Positions 10,443 through 20,579 are shown, counted from the first letter of the stretch. The stretch: DNA of 64,000 nt from Thermodesulfobacteriota bacterium (GCA_964291405.2 OZ219926.1:4448001-4512000), one strand, 5' to 3'. Translations and numbers: made by a program. The notes: a model not told the origin generated them from the sequence alone.

Positions 10443-11120
10443 ATGGAAGAAACCAATAAACAGCTCTCAGAGGCCATCTTCGAACAGATTGCACGGATCG
10501 GAAAAGCTGTCTCGAATCCTAAACGGTTGGAGATCTTGGAACTCCTCAGCCAGGCCCCACGGACGGTCGAAGCGTTGGCTCAAGCAGCACATCTGAGTCA
10601 AGCGAATACCTCACAGCATCTTCAGGTCTTGCGGAATTCGCGGCTGGTCGAAGCGAAACGCAACGGGACCTCGATCTGGTATCGCCTCACCGATGAAACA
10701 GTTGCCGATTTTTTCCGGACATTACGGGTCTTGGCCGTCACACATCTGGCTGAACTCGACCGTATCGTCAGTCAATATTTTACCGGGCAAGCGGACTTAG
10801 AGCCGGTCGATCAGAAAACCCTGCTCCAGCGTGTCCGCAAGGGAGAAGTGATCGTCATCGATGTGCGTCCCCAGGAAGAGTACCAGGCGGGCCATATTCC
10901 TGGGGCAATCTCCGTCCCTCTAGAGGAACTCGAAGACCGCCTCGCTGAGCTGCCGCAGGACCGAGAGGTCGTTGCCTACTGTCGTGGCCCGTATTGCGTC
11001 TGGTCAGGTCAGGCCGTGCAGGTCTTACAGAACCATGGGTTTCAGGCCAGACATCTGCCCGATGGCGTGTTGGATTGGCGGGCACGCGGGTTTCGTGTTT
11101 CAGCCGGAAACAAACCGTAG
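10443..11120 (+). CDS. ArsR/SmtB transcriptional regulator fused to a rhodanese domain
   Basis: PKRLEILELL..ANTSQHLQVL HTH; IDVRP.EEY.AGHIPGA and active-site YCRGPYC. Confidence 0.92.
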   Translation: MEETNKQLSEAIFEQIARIGKAVSNPKRLEILELLSQAPRTVEALAQAAHLSQANTSQHLQVLRNSRLVEAKRNGTSIWYRLTDETVADFFRTLRVLAVTHLAELDRIVSQYFTGQADLEPVDQKTLLQRVRKGEVIVIDVRPQEEYQAGHIPGAISVPLEELEDRLAELPQDREVVAYCRGPYCVWSGQAVQVLQNHGFQARHLPDGVLDWRARGFRVSAGNKP

Positions 11121-11140
11121 GCAGAAAGAGAGTAGTGCAG

Positions 11141-11779
11141 ATGAAGATGCGCAACTGTGGACGGGTCTCCTTTCTCCTCACGTTGTGCCTCATCGTCCCG
11201 CAGCAAGCAGCGGCGACCACTGCCCTCTATTCGCTGAGTTATGGGGCGCGCTCTGCAGGCACGGCCGGCGCGACCCCAGCCTCTGGCGGCGACGCGCTCA
11301 ACCAATTCCTCAATCCAGCCAATCTTTCAGTTCTCCCCAAGCGGCTTGTTGAGCTCGGCTTTTCCTGGATTGGCTGGGGCACAGAAGATCCTTTTCAGAC
11401 GTTCCAGGTCAAGTTGGATACTCCACCAGACGGCTTCCCGAGCACGTTAGCAGCTCCTATTCAGTGGGATGATCAGTATATCTACCGGATCGGTACAGAA
11501 TACGAACTCACGTCGGACCTGACGCTACGTGCTGGATATAGCTACGCCTCGAATCCGGTCAGCGCACCAGGCGCCTTTCTCACGCTCCCAGCCTATGGAT
11601 TTCAAACGCTCGCTGTGGGAATGACCTGGGAAATGACGGAAAACTGGGACATCTCGCTGGCATTCGAACGGGCCTTTCCCATCTCTGTGAAAATACGCGC
11701 CGGCACTATCGATGTTTTCCATGCCAACTCTCAAGAGGATCACAATCAGTATTCCGCTCAACTTGGTTAGTCTTTTTAG
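11141..11779 (+). pseudogene. FadL/TodX-like outer-membrane channel, internally deleted, with a probable nonsense codon near the C-terminus
   Basis: Signal peptide, GARSAG.AG..NPA hatch motif, C-terminal strands W.DQ..YRIG.EY..LTLRAGY; only 209 aa; ends QLG-TAG-SF-TAG. Confidence 0.7.
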
Positions 11780-11802
11780 CGCTCTGGGGAAGGAGATTTT
11801 CA

Positions 11803-13530
11803 ATGAACGCGGCAAATCATGAGCAAGAAAAAATCATTTTGGCGGCGGTGTCGGGAGTCTCTATGTTAATGGCAAGATTGATCGTATGGCTGTTGGTAAC
11901 CTTGCTCAACATCTCCAGTCACAGCGCTTGGGCACAGAGTGAGCCTGACCACCCCGCTTCCCCAGCAACTACCGCAACTCCCTCGCCCGAGCAGCTCGGG
12001 GAGGTTCACTTTCGCGTCTCGTGCAATGTTGCTGCGCAACAGGAGTTCAATCGGGCGATGGCGATGTTTCACTCCTTCTGGTTCGAACCGGCGAAGCACT
12101 CCTTCGCCAAGGTCCTGGAACACGACCCCGAGTGCGGGATGGCGTATTGGGGCATTGCCATCATGTCGATGGGCAATCCTTTCGGCTGGTCCATCAACAC
12201 GAACGCGCCGAAGGCAGGGGAAGCGGCCATGGCGGAGGCACTGCGCGTGAGCGCCAAGAGCGAGCGTGAACGCGACTATATTGCGGCGCTGGCCACGCTC
12301 TTTACAGAATGGCAGACGGTGGACTATCGGTCGCGAGTGCTGGCCTTCGAAAAGGGCATGGAGGGTGTGGCGACACGCTATCCCGAGGATGACGAGGCGC
12401 AGGTCTTGTACGCGCTCGTGCTCAACATGACCGCCGTGCCTACCGACAAAACCTTCGCTCACCAGCTTAAGGCCGCAAGCATCCTGGAGCCCTTGTTCAA
12501 GCAACACCCACACCATCCGGGTATTGCCCACTACCTGATCCACACATACGACTATGCCGGGCTGGCTGAGAAGGGGCTGCCCGCTGCCCGCGTCTACGCC
12601 ACCGTCGCGCCTTCAGTGCCGCACGCGTTGCATATGCCTTCACATATTTTCAGCCGGGTTGGTCTCTGGCCGGAAATGGTCGAGAGCAATCGTGCTTCGT
12701 ACCGTGCGGCGAAGAATCAACTCTCCGGGCAAACCCTTGGGCTCGGCTCATACGATGCGCTACATGCCATGGATTACATGGTGTTTGGCCATCTTCAGCA
12801 AGCGCAGGATAAGGCGGCGAAGCGCCTGGTGGATGAGGTTGCGGCGATACGCAAGGTCAAGGTGGAAGACTTTTCGGCCGCCTACGCCTTTGCCGCGATT
12901 CCCTCCCGCTATGCGTTAGAGCGCGGCGATTGGCAGCAGGCAGCGGCGCTCCAACTCAGCCCACGCGAGATGGCTTGGGACAAGTTCCCTCATGCGGAGG
13001 CCATTCTCGTCTTCGCTCGCGGCTTGGGTGCGGCGCGCAGTGGAGAGGTTACGGCGGCGCGCAAGGATGTGGAGCGATTGCAGGCGCTTAAGGACGTGAT
13101 GACGGCAGCCAAGATCGACTACTGGGCGAACCAGACGGACTTTCAAATCAAGACGATTCTTGCCTGGATCGCCCTGGCGGAGAAGCGTGATGCGGAAGCG
13201 ATTCAGTTAATGCGCACCGCCGCCGAAGCAGAAGAGGCCAGTGATAAAGCGCCGGTGACTCCGGGGAATGTTGTCCCTTTACGGGGACTGCTGGGCGAGA
13301 TGCTCTTAGCGCTCAACCAACCAGCGCACGCGTTCACCGAATTCGAGCGCTCCTTGCAACGTGACCCTAACCGTTTCCGAGTCGTGTACAGTGCCAGTCG
13401 CGCTGCCGAAGCAGCCGGCAACCGCCAGGCGGCCCGCGAGCATTACGCCAAGTTGCAGACGCTGGCCGCTGATCATGATACCGAACGTCCGGAACTCGCG
13501 CAGGCCACCGCATTTTTGGCAAAGCCATGA
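11803..13530 (+). CDS. Secreted TPR-like all-helical protein with conserved His motifs (start may be 11863/11869)
   Basis: Signal peptide; LG.VHF.VSC, DPECGMAYWG.A, HPGIAHYLIH.YD, HALHMPSHIF. Confidence 0.8.
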   Translation: MNAANHEQEKIILAAVSGVSMLMARLIVWLLVTLLNISSHSAWAQSEPDHPASPATTATPSPEQLGEVHFRVSCNVAAQQEFNRAMAMFHSFWFEPAKHSFAKVLEHDPECGMAYWGIAIMSMGNPFGWSINTNAPKAGEAAMAEALRVSAKSERERDYIAALATLFTEWQTVDYRSRVLAFEKGMEGVATRYPEDDEAQVLYALVLNMTAVPTDKTFAHQLKAASILEPLFKQHPHHPGIAHYLIHTYDYAGLAEKGLPAARVYATVAPSVPHALHMPSHIFSRVGLWPEMVESNRASYRAAKNQLSGQTLGLGSYDALHAMDYMVFGHLQQAQDKAAKRLVDEVAAIRKVKVEDFSAAYAFAAIPSRYALERGDWQQAAALQLSPREMAWDKFPHAEAILVFARGLGAARSGEVTAARKDVERLQALKDVMTAAKIDYWANQTDFQIKTILAWIALAEKRDAEAIQLMRTAAEAEEASDKAPVTPGNVVPLRGLLGEMLLALNQPAHAFTEFERSLQRDPNRFRVVYSASRAAEAAGNRQAAREHYAKLQTLAADHDTERPELAQATAFLAKP

Positions 13531-13590
13531 TTATGAGTGGCCCAGATCGTGGAGCAAGCGGGATCCGGATGGGGTGAAATCGAGGAATAG

Positions 13591-13665
13591 ACGCAGGCGC
13601 GTTTCTTCAATGTCCATCCCGCCACCGTCTCGCGTCTGATGGCGCGGGAACGAAGAAAAGCGTAA
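13591..13665 (+). pseudogene. C-terminal HTH remnant of a serine resolvase/invertase
   Basis: Translates TQARFFNVHPATVSRLMARERRKA*, resembling the resolvase HTH motif ARLF.VHPATVSRL. Confidence 0.6.
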
Positions 13666-14900
13666 TGCGGAGCCTAACGGCGCGCCTGCGGTATCGCCTC
13701 GTGCAGGGACTACGGAAGTCTGTGGGAGTCGTCAGCGTCACCGCCGTACTTGTGTTTGCGCTCGGCGCGATGAGCATCGCCCACTCGTATTGGGACCCTG
13801 AAAAAGAGTCCCCCGGAGGGGCATTCAAGGGATTCCAAGTGCAGAATCCCTTGTTCCAGCCGGGCCTGGTGGACTTTCATCAACGAGTGAACGACAGTGG
13901 CGAGACGACGAATCTCGCGCTGTGGACTCCGGTCTTTCGCGGCGGTGTGGGCCGCATCGATCTGAAACATGGGCCACCCCTCACCTATGGGGGCGGATTC
14001 CTTCGTGTGTTGGCCGCGGCTCCAGACGCGGGCGACCTCATTCTCGCTGCTCAGACTGTCAGTGGCACGGGAGTGGAGGCGTGGGAAGCCCAGGGTGAAT
14101 ACCGCCTCCCCACCGGCGTCCTGCTTCCTGGCTCGCTTGGGGGTGGTGGCGGCTATGTCTCACAAGACCGCCTCGGCCCCGACATGTGGTTTGCCAAGCT
14201 CTCGTATCGCGACACACTGGAGTATGGGTGGCAAACGATTGCCTCGGCACAACTCCAAGAGGTGGGACAGAGAATCTCGCCTGGTGGCTACCTCGCCCTG
14301 TACAACACTCGCCTGATGTTCACGGGCGGCACGGACGGTGAGCAATGGCGCACTACGGTAGGCTACGTTCACCCTGCGACAGGCAGACAATTCCGTCCGG
14401 CATTTGAATTCTTCTACGTGGATGAGACGATTGGCCATGGCAATGGTGGGAAATTCCTCCTGGCGACCGCGACGCTGGGCTACGAAGGATGGGGCTTTCT
14501 CAGCCACGACAGCCGACTTGGTCGGGCCTTAGGCCCTCAAGGACTGGCATTCACCAACCCCAACGGATTTCTGCAACCCATGTGGAATCGTTTGTTCGAC
14601 ATGACCGAGGTGGGGGGACTGCTGAATGGCCGCGTGACAGAGATTCGCGACGTGGCTGGAATCACCACCCTCGAGTGGCAACTGATTGGGTTTCCATTCC
14701 AGTTCGTTTCGGGAAGAAGCTGGTACGACTGGCTTTTCATTGGCGGTGGCCTTCGTCAGATGACGAGACAGCCGGATGCGCCCTATCTCATCGGCGGGGC
14801 GATCGGTCGACTCGGAGCGGTTCGCACCTTAGCCGGGGGGCATTGGGATTTTGAGAGGGATGAAGCCCGACTCCTCCTGACTGTCCAATATTTTCTTTAG
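13665..14900 (+). CDS. Hypothetical exported protein, probable outer-membrane beta-barrel
   Basis: 411 aa; N-terminal hydrophobic signal; Gly/aromatic-rich amphipathic strands; C-terminus LLLTVQYFL resembles a beta-signal. Confidence 0.6.
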   Translation: MRSLTARLRYRLVQGLRKSVGVVSVTAVLVFALGAMSIAHSYWDPEKESPGGAFKGFQVQNPLFQPGLVDFHQRVNDSGETTNLALWTPVFRGGVGRIDLKHGPPLTYGGGFLRVLAAAPDAGDLILAAQTVSGTGVEAWEAQGEYRLPTGVLLPGSLGGGGGYVSQDRLGPDMWFAKLSYRDTLEYGWQTIASAQLQEVGQRISPGGYLALYNTRLMFTGGTDGEQWRTTVGYVHPATGRQFRPAFEFFYVDETIGHGNGGKFLLATATLGYEGWGFLSHDSRLGRALGPQGLAFTNPNGFLQPMWNRLFDMTEVGGLLNGRVTEIRDVAGITTLEWQLIGFPFQFVSGRSWYDWLFIGGGLRQMTRQPDAPYLIGGAIGRLGAVRTLAGGHWDFERDEARLLLTVQYFL

Positions 14901-14962
14901 GTTCCTCTTTTGCCGTATCGAGAGCACGAGGCAATGGCTGAAAATTCCTGTGATACTGTTGG

Positions 14963-15148
14963 TCAATGTTCGCCAAACCGTAGGTTTCTGGGCAAATGCC
15001 CCCGCTGGTCCAGAACAGTGACGGGAATAACAATATGCCCGCGTCCGCGTACTGCCTGTTGAAAAGCCCGACGGGCCCGCTGGCCGAATTTGCGGGTTCT
15101 TCCCGTAGAAAAATAGACAAGGGGGTGGGTATCAGTCACGTAGCGCAT
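14963..15148 (-). pseudogene. Truncated VapC/PIN toxin
   Basis: MRYVTDTHPLVYF...FGQRARRAF...IVIPVTVL, then similarity lost near 15005. Confidence 0.75.
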
Positions 15149-15305
15149 CGCCGAGTCGATCTCCACTCCGCTTAAGCGCCGTCTCGTAGGACTCGGTGAG
15201 CTGACGGGAACCTTCTTCGAGGTCGCCCACAATTTCCATCAGGTCTGAAAAAGAGGGAGTCGGACGGGCGCGCTGCTGACGACGGTATTGTTCAAGTTCT
15301 GCCAT
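15132..15305 (-). CDS. Small putative antitoxin (57 aa) overlapping the vapC start
   Basis: AGGAGG RBS; MAELEQYRRQQRARPTPSFSDLMEIVGDLEEGSRQL...; below the ORF-track cutoff; TA arrangement. Confidence 0.6.
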   Translation of the reverse strand: MAELEQYRRQQRARPTPSFSDLMEIVGDLEEGSRQLTESYETALKRSGDRLGDALRD

Positions 15306-15354
15306 ACCTGCCTCCTAACGGTACGTGTCATTATTCGGGCAATGCCAACTGAGG

Positions 15355-17406
15355 CTAATGCCGGCTCTCAATCAGCTTCACACTCAGTATATCCCGTCTG
15401 GCATTAACGTGGTTGATGCTGACGAGGACTGGAGTACCGAGAGGGAGTGGTGGCATATTGTTCATGGGGACGAACAGGAGTGTCTCGTCCAACTCGACAA
15501 AAAGTCGACGGTGTTGGGCGCGTACGACTTGGCCACTGACGACCTCTCCTTGCTGTCCCTCAAGCAGACGCAGTAACCAGAAGCGCGTGCTCTCGCGCTC
15601 GCAGCGGCGGGCATCTCCAATAGCAGCCTGGGTACTCGCGGCCACAACCTGCAACTGGCTCTCCTGAAACAGGGCGATACCATGCACAAGATGATGCTTG
15701 ATCTGATGATGCATCTGGAGGTCAGTATAACGCCGAAGCGGGGAGGTCGCCTGAGTATATAATGGCAGCCCTAAGGCGGCATGCGCCTCTGGCTGGGTGC
15801 CGATCTGAGATGGGGGCATCATTCGTCTGGCGGCATGGACATAGGTTTGCCGGGTGGGAAAATCGGAGCGGTCCGGAATCGTGTCATCCGGCGGCGGCTG
15901 GCCGATATAGAGCGCGGGGAGGTGGTTGGCGTGGCAATAGCGGGCCGCTGTTTCATTGGCCATAATCATGCATTCGCTCACCAGGCCACGGGACGATGAG
16001 TCATAGTTAAGCACGGTTGTTGAGACCGTTCCGTCTCTGACTTTGACCTTGACCTCGTCTCCGTCAATTATAATGGCCCCCTGGGCGATACGTTGCTCCT
16101 TTCGTTTCTGGGCGAGTTGGGCGAGTTGCCGTAGAGTCGAGCGATAGGGAGCCGTGCTACCTTCAACCAGAGCCGCGTCCGCTTCAGCATAGGAGAGGCG
16201 ATGAGACACCCGAACGATACTGCGGGTGATGCGCTCGGGATGGAGTTGCCCGGTCTCATCAATATGGACAAAAAAGCTGAGCGTTCGTCGCTCCGTCTGA
16301 GCAACCAGACTGGCCTTCTCTTCGCTGATGACCGGCGGCAGCATCGGGAATTTGCCGCTCGGCAGATAAATGGTCGTCCCGCGCGCCAGGGCGGATTTAT
16401 CGAGGATGCTGCGCGGCGGAGCATAGGCCCCAGCATCGGCAATATGGATGCCGATGAGGAGCTTCCCGTCTCGCTCGGTCAGGCTGAGTGCGTCGTCGAT
16501 CTCGTTCGTATCAGCGTCATCAATCGTCAACGTCTCTAAAGCGGTCAGGTCTTCCAGAGTACCCTGCTCGCTGCTATCCGCCGCGTCTGCCGAAAAGATC
16601 GGGAGGTCGTTCGCCGTTTGGAGGGCCTCCTCGGAAAAATGTGTCGGAATGTGATACCGCAGCAGGCAGAGCTCTTCGTCCGGCTGCCAGATACCGAGGT
16701 GGACGAGCAACTGAAACGCGGCGTCCCAGGGCTGTCCCTTGCCCTGAAAGCCAATAGCATTCATGAGTTGCAGGGCTTGGGGTCGTTTGTCATATCTCTC
16801 GCCATATAAGGCCAGCCCCTGAATCAATGACAGAAATTGCGTATGGCCTGAGGGCAGTTCATCCGCGAATTGTCCCTGGAGTTGTGCTTCCATCCAGGTG
16901 AGGAAGGCTTGCTGCTCCTGGGCTTTTTCGTGTTCTCGTTGCTGTTGAAGCAGACGCTCTTCCACGCTCTGCACGTCTCGTGGGGAAAAGGAGCCGGCCT
17001 GTTTTTCCTTAAAATACAGAGACTGGCTCCAGAGGGCATCGAGGACACCGGCCATGGCGAACGGCTCATCCCCGGAAACAATAAATTCGGCCAGTTCTTG
17101 CCAGGTAAAGACGGCAGTATGGTCCGCTTCCAACAGTTCCCACAGCTCTCTGAGGTCCGTCGTCTGGGCGTGGTGCCGTATGGTCTCGTGCAGTTCGGCG
17201 AGGCGTCTTTTGCGATCTATGGGAGACTGGTCGAGTGGAAACGTTGCCCGACAATCAAAAAAAATACGCTCCTTCGATACGGACAGTTTTCTGTCACTTT
17301 CCCCGAGGAGTTCCAGAGACCCTTTTCCTGAGGGGCTGATTTTTTGAACAACGCCGAGCGCAAGCTGCCCACGTTCACGATAAACTACGACGGATCCGGG
17401 CTGCAT
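15355..17406 (-). CDS. Ribonuclease II/RNB-domain exoribonuclease
   Basis: TIDDADTNEIDDALS, GIHIAD, ECMIMAN, YTQATSPLRRYTDL. Confidence 0.92.
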   Translation of the reverse strand: MQPGSVVVYRERGQLALGVVQKISPSGKGSLELLGESDRKLSVSKERIFFDCRATFPLDQSPIDRKRRLAELHETIRHHAQTTDLRELWELLEADHTAVFTWQELAEFIVSGDEPFAMAGVLDALWSQSLYFKEKQAGSFSPRDVQSVEERLLQQQREHEKAQEQQAFLTWMEAQLQGQFADELPSGHTQFLSLIQGLALYGERYDKRPQALQLMNAIGFQGKGQPWDAAFQLLVHLGIWQPDEELCLLRYHIPTHFSEEALQTANDLPIFSADAADSSEQGTLEDLTALETLTIDDADTNEIDDALSLTERDGKLLIGIHIADAGAYAPPRSILDKSALARGTTIYLPSGKFPMLPPVISEEKASLVAQTERRTLSFFVHIDETGQLHPERITRSIVRVSHRLSYAEADAALVEGSTAPYRSTLRQLAQLAQKRKEQRIAQGAIIIDGDEVKVKVRDGTVSTTVLNYDSSSRGLVSECMIMANETAARYCHANHLPALYIGQPPPDDTIPDRSDFPTRQTYVHAARRMMPPSQIGTQPEAHAALGLPLYTQATSPLRRYTDLQMHHQIKHHLVHGIALFQESQLQVVAASTQAAIGDARRCERESTRFWLLRLLEGQQGEVVSGQVVRAQHRRLFVELDETLLFVPMNNMPPLPLGTPVLVSINHVNARRDILSVKLIESRH

Positions 17407-17622
17407 AAGAGTTTCAATCTTCTCGCGTATCGTAATGCGTGGGCTCCGAGTTCTGAAACAAGTATTCTACATATCTGTTCGGATTGACCAGAGAAATACC
17501 CTCGGGGCCGAGGCGAGGCCGGTATCAAAAAGAGTCGTATGCGGGCATGGATGTCTGCCCGTTGCCGAACTGTTATACTAGCCGGACGTTTGGGTAATGT
17601 TCTCATGAAGCGGGAGGCGTTG

Positions 17623-18489
17623 ATGCACGACTATGTTCTCTACCATGCCCATTGTCCTGACGGCTTTGGGGCAGCCTGGGCAGCCTGGAAGCGACTGGGC
17701 GAGACGGCGACCTATGTGCCGGTTCGTCACGGCGTCCCGCCGCCGCCTCTCCCGAATTGTCTTCGCCTCTTCCTGGTTGATTTTGCCTATCCGGCAGAAC
17801 AACTCGTGCAACTGCGGGAGAGCGCCCCACATATCACCATCCTGGATCATCATAAATCGGCCCAGGCCGCGCTGGCGGCTATCCGGGAGCAGCCGCCGCG
17901 CTTCGCGCCTGACCAGGCACCACCGGGTCTGTTTGCGCTTTTTGATATGGATGAGTCGGGTGCAACCCTGGCGTGGCAGTATTTTCATCCCGAGACGGAT
18001 TGCCCGGAACTCCTACGCTATATTAAAGACCGGGATCTCTGGCAACATGCCTTGCCGGGCAGTCGGGCCATCAATGCGGCCATTCGAAGCTATCCGTACG
18101 ATTTTACGGTCTGGGCGGAAAAATTAGCCGCGGCAGATGCCACGGCGCAGCTCCTTGCGGACGGCGAGGCGATTCTACGTAAACAAGCCCACGACATGGA
18201 AGAACTGATGGCCGCAGTGATGTGGATGGAGCTGGGTGGCTACCGGGTCCCCGTCGTCAATGCTACCGGGAACACCTCCGAGCTGGGTAATCGGTTATGT
18301 GAGATATTTCCCGAGGCGGCGTTCAGTGCCAGCTATCGGGATACGGCCGAGGATCGACGGGAGTGGAGTCTCCGCTCGGTGGGAGACTTCGATGTCAGTG
18401 CAATTGCCAAGCGCTACGGCGGGGGCGGACATCGGAATGCCGCCGGCTTTCAAACCGCGCGGCCGCCTCTCCTCATCGAGACTCTATAA
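17623..18489 (+). CDS. DHH/DHHA1 family phosphoesterase
   Basis: YH.HCPDGF, LDHH, DRDLW, WSLRS, GGGGHRNAAGF. Confidence 0.88.
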   Translation: MHDYVLYHAHCPDGFGAAWAAWKRLGETATYVPVRHGVPPPPLPNCLRLFLVDFAYPAEQLVQLRESAPHITILDHHKSAQAALAAIREQPPRFAPDQAPPGLFALFDMDESGATLAWQYFHPETDCPELLRYIKDRDLWQHALPGSRAINAAIRSYPYDFTVWAEKLAAADATAQLLADGEAILRKQAHDMEELMAAVMWMELGGYRVPVVNATGNTSELGNRLCEIFPEAAFSASYRDTAEDRREWSLRSVGDFDVSAIAKRYGGGGHRNAAGFQTARPPLLIETL

Positions 18490-18596
18490 GCCCGGACAGA
18501 CACAGGTCTCTCTGGCAGGGGTGTTGGGCTCGGTATTCTGCGCTATAGTGGCCGGACTTGAACAGCGTTGGGAAACGCCCGGAATATCGATTCATC

Positions 18597-19817
18597 ATGG
18601 CCGAGCTGAAAGTCAAAATCCTCAACAGCATGCAGGACGTGGGGCGGGAAGAGTGGGATGGTCTGCTCGGGCTGGGCTCGCCGTTTCTCGAATGGGACTG
18701 GTTGGCATGTTTGGAAGAGTCGAACTGCGTCCGCGCCAAAACCGGTTGGCAACCCCAGCATTTGGCGGTCTATGACGGAACGCGCCTGATTGCGGCGTGT
18801 CCGATGTATCTCAAGGGGCACAGCATGGGAGAGTTCGTCTTTGATCACTCCTGGGCTGATGCCGCTCAGCGCGCCGGGATCAACTATTATCCCAAGATTT
18901 TAGTGGCGTCCCCATTCTCGCCGGCAACGGGCGTGCGGTTTCTGACCGCGGAGGGTTCCGACCGGACAGAGTTGATTCATATCCTGGGCAGAACCCTGCG
19001 TGAGGTATGTGAACGGAATAATTTGTCCTCGGTGCATGTCAATTTTTGCTTACCGGACGAAGCCGAAGCCCTGTCTCAGGTCGGCTATCTCAAACGCCTG
19101 GGTATTCAGTATCAATGGCTGAATCATGACTATCAGACCTTTGATGACTATCTGGATCACTTCCGGAGCAAACGGCGTAACCAGATCAAGCGCGAAATTC
19201 GCGAGATGGATAAGCGCGGCATAGAGATCGAGGTGCTGAGTGGCGAGACTATTCCGGATGCAATGTTTCCGGTCATGTTCAACCTGTATCAATCCACGGT
19301 GAATAATCTGTACTGGGGCCGCCAATACCTCTTCGCCGAGTTCTTCGACCTCCTGGCCCAGCGCTTTAAGCGAAATTTATGCTTCGTGATTGCCCGACAA
19401 CGTGGCGAGATCATTGCCGGAACCTTTAATGTCCAGAAGAGCGGGGTGTTTTATGGCCGCTATTGGGGGGTGTTGCGCGAGCAGCGGCATATGCATTTCA
19501 ACGTGAGCTACTATGCCGCCATTCGGCACTGCATTGAAAATGGCCTCATTCGGTTTGAACCCGGCGCGGGAGGTGATTTCAAGCGCTTGCGCGGCTTTGA
19601 TCCCCAGCCGACGGTGAGTATGCACTATTTGGCCGATCCGCGTTTGCACGAAGCGGTCAGCAACTATCTGGTCCGCGAGCGGGACCATACCGACCAAGCC
19701 ATAGACTGGATGTGGGAAGAGAGCCAGCTCAAGCATACCCCGACGGAAAAAACATTTGTGTACGGCAGCCTGGACATAGAGAGTCCGCAGAAGCAGACCA
19801 AGAGTGAAGAAGCGTGA
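18597..19817 (+). CDS. FemAB-like GNAT protein (DUF482)
   Basis: GW.PQHL, YLKGHS.GEFVFD..WA, YGRYWG, FEPGAGG..K..RGF.P. Confidence 0.9.
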   Translation: MAELKVKILNSMQDVGREEWDGLLGLGSPFLEWDWLACLEESNCVRAKTGWQPQHLAVYDGTRLIAACPMYLKGHSMGEFVFDHSWADAAQRAGINYYPKILVASPFSPATGVRFLTAEGSDRTELIHILGRTLREVCERNNLSSVHVNFCLPDEAEALSQVGYLKRLGIQYQWLNHDYQTFDDYLDHFRSKRRNQIKREIREMDKRGIEIEVLSGETIPDAMFPVMFNLYQSTVNNLYWGRQYLFAEFFDLLAQRFKRNLCFVIARQRGEIIAGTFNVQKSGVFYGRYWGVLREQRHMHFNVSYYAAIRHCIENGLIRFEPGAGGDFKRLRGFDPQPTVSMHYLADPRLHEAVSNYLVRERDHTDQAIDWMWEESQLKHTPTEKTFVYGSLDIESPQKQTKSEEA

Positions 19818-19832
19818 GAGGGAGGAGCAGGC

Positions 19833-20579
19833 GTGGCATATGGACATGCGTTAGTGACTGGCGCACTGGGTGGACTGGGAAGCGCGATGGTGCGGCGACT
19901 CTTGGCAGCCGGGTATTCCGTGGTGGCCTGTGATCGCCGGGCTGAGCTGGCTGACGATTGGCTCGAAAATATTCCGGCCGAACAGCGTGAGCGAGTGGCA
20001 TTCCATCCCCTTGATGTCACCAAAGAAGACCAGGTGAACGAGTTGGCGCGGATGTTGAAGGACCAGGGCGTTCATATTGCGTATTTGGCGAATAATGCTG
20101 GCGTGAACGGCGCTGGCGCGGTCTGGGCCTTGGAGTCACGGGTCTGGGAAATTGTACTCCGGGTCAACCTGCACGGCACGTTTTATATGACGCGCGCGTT
20201 TAGCGCAGCCATGAAAGAGCGGGGCTTTGGACGCATCGTGAATCTTGCCTCTTTGTACGCCTATCATCCGGGCGAAGCCGAAGCGCCATACGCTGCCGCG
20301 AAAGCTGGTATTGCTGGCTACACGCGCTCGACCGCGCGTGACCTGGCACCCCATGGGGTGACCGTCAATGTATTGGCCCCAGGGCTCATTTGGCATGAGG
20401 GGCTGAGGGGCGTTTTCCCCGATGAAACCTGGGAGAAGATGCGCAAGAATATTCCGGTTGGTCGCACTGGTCGGCCCGAAGAAATCGCAGCGACGGTGGC
20501 CTTCCTCTTCTCTGACGAGGCGGCTTTTATCACTGGTCAGACTATCCATGTCAACGGTGGGGAGTATTTGCCGGGCTAG
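19833..20579 (+). CDS. SDR family oxidoreductase (FabG-like)
   Basis: TGALGGLG, NNAG, YAAAK, ITGQTIHVNGG. Confidence 0.9.
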   Translation: MAYGHALVTGALGGLGSAMVRRLLAAGYSVVACDRRAELADDWLENIPAEQRERVAFHPLDVTKEDQVNELARMLKDQGVHIAYLANNAGVNGAGAVWALESRVWEIVLRVNLHGTFYMTRAFSAAMKERGFGRIVNLASLYAYHPGEAEAPYAAAKAGIAGYTRSTARDLAPHGVTVNVLAPGLIWHEGLRGVFPDETWEKMRKNIPVGRTGRPEEIAATVAFLFSDEAAFITGQTIHVNGGEYLPG

